DNA from: Atribacterota bacterium
GTDB taxonomy: Bacteria; Atribacterota; Phoenicimicrobiia; Phoenicimicrobiales; Phoenicimicrobiaceae
Direction of reading: 5' to 3'
Assembly: GCA_038203565.1 (NCBI GenBank)
Contig: JBBRDV010000022.1
Location: 1 to 19,261, forward strand
DNA: 19,261 bases
Shown piece by piece: positions 14,686-19,261 of this stretch. The position numbers and the translations under genes are program-made. Within the stretch, counting starts at the first letter, position 1; each line of letters starts with the position of its first letter. The notes under the pieces are model-generated. The model saw only the letters and a list, made by a program, of their open reading frames with translations, was not told the DNA's origin and searched no databases.

Positions 14686-16446
14686 GTGAGAAAAATAAAG
14701 ATAGAAGATTTAATAAAAATTAAAAAGCATGCCTTAATTAATAGAGAACTATCAGAAAAAGGAATAAAAATAAGAATAACTGTCCATATGGGCACCTGCG
14801 GCATTGCTTCAGGTGCCCAAAATATTATGGATGCCCTGATAAAGGAAATTGAGAAAGGAAAACAAAAAGATATTGCTATTATCACTTCTGGTTGTATGGG
14901 GTTGTGCAGTAGAGAGCCTTTAATTACTGTGGAGATATTTGGGCAAGAACCAATCATTTATCAGTATATGGATAAAGAGAAGATATTGGAGGTTTTTAAA
15001 AAGCATATTTTAGGGGGAAAAGTCCTTGCTGGTTATGCCTTGGCCAGGGGAAAAGAAGAGCAAATCAAGGAGAGAATCAAACACAACGGCAATTTGCCAA
15101 ATGAAATTGTATTGGATAGAACCATACCGGGTATTGAAGAAATCCCCTTTTTTTCAAATCAAGAAGTAAGAGTATTGAAAAATCGCGGGGTAATTGATCC
15201 GGAAAAAATTGAAGATTATATTGCCAGAGATGGATATAGGGGAATGGCTAAAGCTCTAACAGAGATGACCCAAAAAGAAATTATTCAGGAAATTTTAGAT
15301 TCGGGATTAAAAGGAAGAGGCGGAGCCGGTTTTCCAACAGGGCTCAAATGGAAATATGCAGCTTTATCGGAAAGTAAAATCAAATATATTGTCTGTAATG
15401 CCGATGAGGGTGACCCTGGTGCTTATATGGATAGAAGTATTTTAGAGGGTGACCCCCATTCTATTATTGAGGGAATAGTTATTGCGGCTAAGGCTGTAGA
15501 TGCTCATCATGGATATATCTATTGCCGTGCAGAATATCCCTTAGCCATAAAAATGTTAAATAAAGCTCTTGGTCAAGCCGAAGAATTCGGTCTTTTAGGC
15601 AAGAATATTTTAGGAACAGGATTTGATTTCGATTTAAAAATTTGCCGGGGAGCAGGGGCTTTCGTTTGTGGAGAAGAAACTGCTTTAATGAGATCTATTG
15701 AAGGAAAAAGGGGCATGCCCCGACCCAGGCCGCCTTTCCCCGCTCAGGCTGGGTTATGGGAAAAACCCACAATTTTGAATAATGCAGAAACATTAGCTAA
15801 TGTTGGCCAGATAATTTTAAAAGAAAGTTCTTGGTTTGCTAATATAGGAACAGAAATTAGTAAAGGTACCAAAGTATTTGCTCTTACCGGTAATGTAAAT
15901 AATGTGGGATTAGTGGAAGTCCCTATTGGAACGACTTTGGCTAAAATTGTCTACGATATTGGTGGTGGAATACCTGAAGGTAAAAAATTTAAAATGGTAC
16001 AAATAGGGGGACCTTCAGGAGGATGTATTCCTACTGAGCATCTTAATACTCCTATAGATTATGACACTATGAAAAAATTAGGAGCGATTATGGGTTCTGG
16101 TGGTTTAATTGTGATGAATGAGGATAAGTGTGCGGTGGATATAGCCCGCTTCTTTATGGATTTTTGTCAAGAAGAATCTTGTGGTAAGTGTACTCCCTGT
16201 CGTGAAGGGACAAAAAGGATGGCAGAGGTTCTTACTAATATTTGTGAGGGAAAGGGGAAAGAAGGAGATATTGAACTTTTAGAAGAGATGGGAGAAGTCA
16301 TCAAAGATGCTTCCCTTTGCGGCCTGGGTCAAACAGCTGCTAATCCGGCATTAAGTACCATCCGTTATTTTAGGGAAGAGTATGAATCCTATATTAAAAA
16401 TAAAAAACGTTCAGTATCTTCCAGGCGTGTTTTCAAGCCTTTCTGA
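14686..16446 (+). CDS. nuoF: NuoF-like FMN-NADH subunit of formate dehydrogenase complex (NuoF-3), with HndB-like N-terminal domain and truncated C-terminus
   Basis: GTG start with AAGGAG RBS; HMGTCGIASGA..GCMGLC, GRGGAGFPTG, NADEGDPGAYMDR, AFVCGEETAL, GGPSGG, ESCGKCTPCR..CGLG. Confidence 0.92.
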   Translation: MRKIKIEDLIKIKKHALINRELSEKGIKIRITVHMGTCGIASGAQNIMDALIKEIEKGKQKDIAIITSGCMGLCSREPLITVEIFGQEPIIYQYMDKEKILEVFKKHILGGKVLAGYALARGKEEQIKERIKHNGNLPNEIVLDRTIPGIEEIPFFSNQEVRVLKNRGVIDPEKIEDYIARDGYRGMAKALTEMTQKEIIQEILDSGLKGRGGAGFPTGLKWKYAALSESKIKYIVCNADEGDPGAYMDRSILEGDPHSIIEGIVIAAKAVDAHHGYIYCRAEYPLAIKMLNKALGQAEEFGLLGKNILGTGFDFDLKICRGAGAFVCGEETALMRSIEGKRGMPRPRPPFPAQAGLWEKPTILNNAETLANVGQIILKESSWFANIGTEISKGTKVFALTGNVNNVGLVEVPIGTTLAKIVYDIGGGIPEGKKFKMVQIGGPSGGCIPTEHLNTPIDYDTMKKLGAIMGSGGLIVMNEDKCAVDIARFFMDFCQEESCGKCTPCREGTKRMAEVLTNICEGKGKEGDIELLEEMGEVIKDASLCGLGQTAANPALSTIRYFREEYESYIKNKKRSVSSRRVFKPF

Positions 16447-16559
16447 TATGTAATTAGACTTGGGGCTGATGTGATCTTGAGATAGAAGATTAAGAAAATA
16501 AAAAATATTTTTTAATTATTTAAAAAACAAGAGTTTTTGAAAACAGGAGGAGAAGAGTA

Positions 16560-19259
16560 GTGTCTTTGATAAATATAATGATAGATAATATCAAGGTAAT
16601 GGTAGAAGAGGGAATAACTATTTTAGATGCTGCTAAAATAGCAGGTATTAAAATCCCCACTTTATGTGCTATGCCTGAACTTGAATTTTTTCCTGGTTCT
16701 TGTCGGATATGTGTTGTAGAAGTTGTTGGTATGCCTGCTTTGGTTGCTTCCTGTGCCTATCCCGTAAGAGAAGGATTGAAAATATATACTAACAATAAAA
16801 GAGTTACCAGGGCTCGTAAAATGACTTTGGAATTCTTGCTGGCCAATCATCCTCTGGATTGTATGACCTGCGAGAAGAGTGGTTCTTGTATTTTGGAAGA
16901 CCTGGCTTATGATTTAGGTATAAAGAAATCCAGATTTGAAAAAAATAAAAAAGAGATTACTATTAGCAATAATAATCCTTTTATTGTAAGAGAATTGGAT
17001 AAATGTGTGCTTTGCGGAAGATGTGTGGAAATATGTAATGAAATCCAGCAATCAAATATTCTCGATTTTGGGTACCGGGGAATAAGAACAGAGATTATAG
17101 TAGATGGAGGAGTTGATTTAAAAAATTCAAATTGCGTATTTTGCGGACAGTGCGTTGCAGTATGCCCGGTAGGTGCATTGACAGACAAGGAAGCTAAAGG
17201 GAAGGGCAGAACCTGGGAATTTAGGAAAGTAAAAACTACTTGCAATTATTGTGGATGCGGATGTAATTTTGATTTTAATGTAAAAGAAGGAAAAGTGGTG
17301 AAGGTTACTTCTAACTCGGAAAGCGCAGTTAATGGAATTAATCTCTGTGTAAAAGGACGTTTTGGTTATGATTATATTCACCGGGATGACCGATTAACTA
17401 CTCCTCTAATTAAGAAAAATGGTAAATTTGAGAAAGCCGGCTGGGATGAAGCTTATCAATTAATAAGTGATAAATTTACCAGAATCAGGAAAGAAAGCGG
17501 CAATGATAGCTTGGCTGTCTTATCTTCTGCTAAGTGTACCAATGAGGAAAATTATCTTCTAATGAAGTTTAGCCGAGCGGTTTTAGGAACTAATAATGTA
17601 GACCATTGTGCCCGCTTGTGTCATTCAGCAACTGTAGCAGGATTAGCTCAAGCCTTCGGTAGTGGAGCAATGACCAATTCGATAGAAGAAATTGCCAATG
17701 CCTCAGCAATTTATCTAACCGGCTCAAATACCACCGAAAATCATCCGATCATTGCTTTAGAAATTAAAAAAGCAGTTGTAAAAAATGGTGCAAAATTAAT
17801 TGTAGCGGATCCCCGGGAAATTGAATTAACCAAATATGCTACTTTATGGTTAAGACAGCGTCCGGGCACTGATGTGGCACTCTTTAACGGCTTGATGAAT
17901 GTTATCATAAATGAAGGCCTGGAAGATAGAGAGTTTATAGCAAAACAAACCGAAGGGTATGAGGAAATGAAAAAGACTGTCCTTAAATATACCCCTGAAA
18001 TTGTAGAGAAAATTACCGGAGTACCCGCAGAGGATATCAGAAAAGCTGCCAGGATATATGCTAGTGCGCCTACTGTTTCTCTGATTTACTCGATGGGGAT
18101 TACCCAGCACACCACCGGCACAGATAACGTTTTATCTACTGCCAACATTGCCATGCTTACCGGTAATGTAGGTAAAGAAAGTACCGGAGTCAATCCTCTC
18201 CGTGGACAGAGTAATGTACAGGGAGCCTGTGATTTAGGAGCTCTACCCGATGTTTTTTCCGGTTACCAAAAAGTTACTGACCCTCAAGTTAGAGAAAAAT
18301 TTGCTAAAACCTGGGGATCAGAACTGCCCGATAAAGTCGGATTAACCGTATTAGAGATTTTAAATGCTGCTTATGAAGGAAAGATTAAAGGCATATTTAT
18401 CATGGCAGAAAATCCCGCTATGTCTGATCCTGATTTAAATCATGCTCGAGAAGCACTAAAGAGAGTGGAATTTTTAGTAGTATCTGATATCTTTATGACC
18501 GAAACTGCTGAATTAGCAGATGTAGTCTTACCAGGAGTTAGTATTGCCGAAAAAGATGGCACTATTACTAATACGGAAAGGAGGGTGCAACGGATAAGAA
18601 AAGCTGTTGAGGCTGTAGGAGATTCAAAACCAGAATGGCAGATTATCTGTGAATTAGCTCAAAAGATGGGTTACAATATGAAGTACAATAGTCCAGCAGA
18701 AATAATGGAAGAAATTGCTAGTCTTACTCCTATTTATGGCGGGATATATTACAATCGGCTAGAAAAAGCAGGATTACAATGGCCTTGTGTAGATGTTAAT
18801 CATTCTGGAACTAAATATCTTCATAAAGATAAATTTAGTCACGGAAAAGGAAAATTCTCTAGGGTAGAATTCAAAGAAGCAGCCGAACTACCAGACGAGG
18901 AATATCCTTTCCTCTTTACAACTGGTCGAGTATTATACCATTTTCACACCGGAACTGTAAGTCGGAGATCTAAAGGATTAAACGAGATCTATCCAGAAGC
19001 ATTAGTGGAAGTTAACCCTCACGATGCGCAAGAGCTAAAGGTAAAAGATGGAGAATTTGTAGAAGTAACCTCTCGCCGGGGAAAGATTAAAGCTAAAGCA
19101 AAGGTTACTGAAAAATCAGGAAAAGGTGTGGTGTTTATGAGTTTCCACTTTTATGAAGCAGCGGCAAATTTACTTACTAATGCTGCCCTGGATCCGGTAG
19201 CGAAGATTCCCGAATATAAAGTATGTGCGGTAAAAGTAAAAAAAACATCAATAAAATAA
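16560..19259 (+). CDS. fdhF: Formate dehydrogenase alpha subunit (Mo/W-bisPGD, Cys-type) with NuoG-like N-terminal Fe-S domains
   Basis: GTG start with AGGAGG RBS; [2Fe-2S], HPLDCMTC, 2x[4Fe-4S], CNYCGCGC..C; active site NNVDHCARLCH; GITQHTTG; NPLRGQSNVQG; C-terminal LDPVAKIPEYKVCAV. Confidence 0.96.
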   Translation: MSLINIMIDNIKVMVEEGITILDAAKIAGIKIPTLCAMPELEFFPGSCRICVVEVVGMPALVASCAYPVREGLKIYTNNKRVTRARKMTLEFLLANHPLDCMTCEKSGSCILEDLAYDLGIKKSRFEKNKKEITISNNNPFIVRELDKCVLCGRCVEICNEIQQSNILDFGYRGIRTEIIVDGGVDLKNSNCVFCGQCVAVCPVGALTDKEAKGKGRTWEFRKVKTTCNYCGCGCNFDFNVKEGKVVKVTSNSESAVNGINLCVKGRFGYDYIHRDDRLTTPLIKKNGKFEKAGWDEAYQLISDKFTRIRKESGNDSLAVLSSAKCTNEENYLLMKFSRAVLGTNNVDHCARLCHSATVAGLAQAFGSGAMTNSIEEIANASAIYLTGSNTTENHPIIALEIKKAVVKNGAKLIVADPREIELTKYATLWLRQRPGTDVALFNGLMNVIINEGLEDREFIAKQTEGYEEMKKTVLKYTPEIVEKITGVPAEDIRKAARIYASAPTVSLIYSMGITQHTTGTDNVLSTANIAMLTGNVGKESTGVNPLRGQSNVQGACDLGALPDVFSGYQKVTDPQVREKFAKTWGSELPDKVGLTVLEILNAAYEGKIKGIFIMAENPAMSDPDLNHAREALKRVEFLVVSDIFMTETAELADVVLPGVSIAEKDGTITNTERRVQRIRKAVEAVGDSKPEWQIICELAQKMGYNMKYNSPAEIMEEIASLTPIYGGIYYNRLEKAGLQWPCVDVNHSGTKYLHKDKFSHGKGKFSRVEFKEAAELPDEEYPFLFTTGRVLYHFHTGTVSRRSKGLNEIYPEALVEVNPHDAQELKVKDGEFVEVTSRRGKIKAKAKVTEKSGKGVVFMSFHFYEAAANLLTNAALDPVAKIPEYKVCAVKVKKTSIK

Positions 19260-19261
19260 TA

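Noticed and set aside
6720..16340. Local DNA similarity among the three nuoF copies as repeats or gene conversion
   Set aside because: Confined to conserved protein motifs with many synonymous differences; ordinary paralogy
16444..16446. TGA of NuoF-3 as selenocysteine or read-through
   Set aside because: Position does not align with a Cys ligand, no SECIS-like hairpin follows, and the frame stops 12 codons later
5721..16446. Respiratory complex I or glutamate synthase assignment for nuoE/nuoF/gltD-like genes
   Set aside because: No membrane Nuo subunits or gltB are present; the context is soluble hydrogenase and FDH
1779..18110. Short minus-strand and alternative-frame ORFs in the track (e.g. 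1779, 3220, 5325, 5445, 6511, 12628, 14529, 16907, 17850)
   Set aside because: All overlap well-supported genes and show no recognisable domains

Overview
AT-rich bacterial DNA from an anaerobe; the gene style suggests Atribacterota/JS1 or a Firmicutes-like lineage, but this is unverified. The window is an H2/formate redox-metabolism locus. In order: a minus-strand HycI-type [NiFe]-hydrogenase maturation protease; a repeat-rich divergent intergenic region with a GTAG REP-like hairpin inside nested 7-mer inverted repeats; a SPOR-domain membrane protein plus rex; and a consensus sigma70 promoter with a perfect Rex operator. That promoter heads a long predicted operon: DRTGG, CBS-fused RsbT-like kinase, DRTGG, PHP hydrolase (probable CTG start), GHKL ATPase, thioredoxin-like [2Fe-2S] protein, NuoE-1, a 1015-aa NuoF::GltD/NfnB-like fusion, NuoE-2, a non-bifurcating-type NuoF-2 and a group A [FeFe]-hydrogenase. 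Next come a structured leader and a solitary ECF S component, then a separately promoted NuoE-3/NuoF-3/Cys-type formate dehydrogenase unit. Most notable: one hydrogenase is encoded with two different NuoEF modules plus an NADPH-type FAD module, and none of the three NuoF paralogues has the C-terminal 2x[4Fe-4S] domain of canonical bifurcating HydB. NuoF-3 appears to be losing that region.
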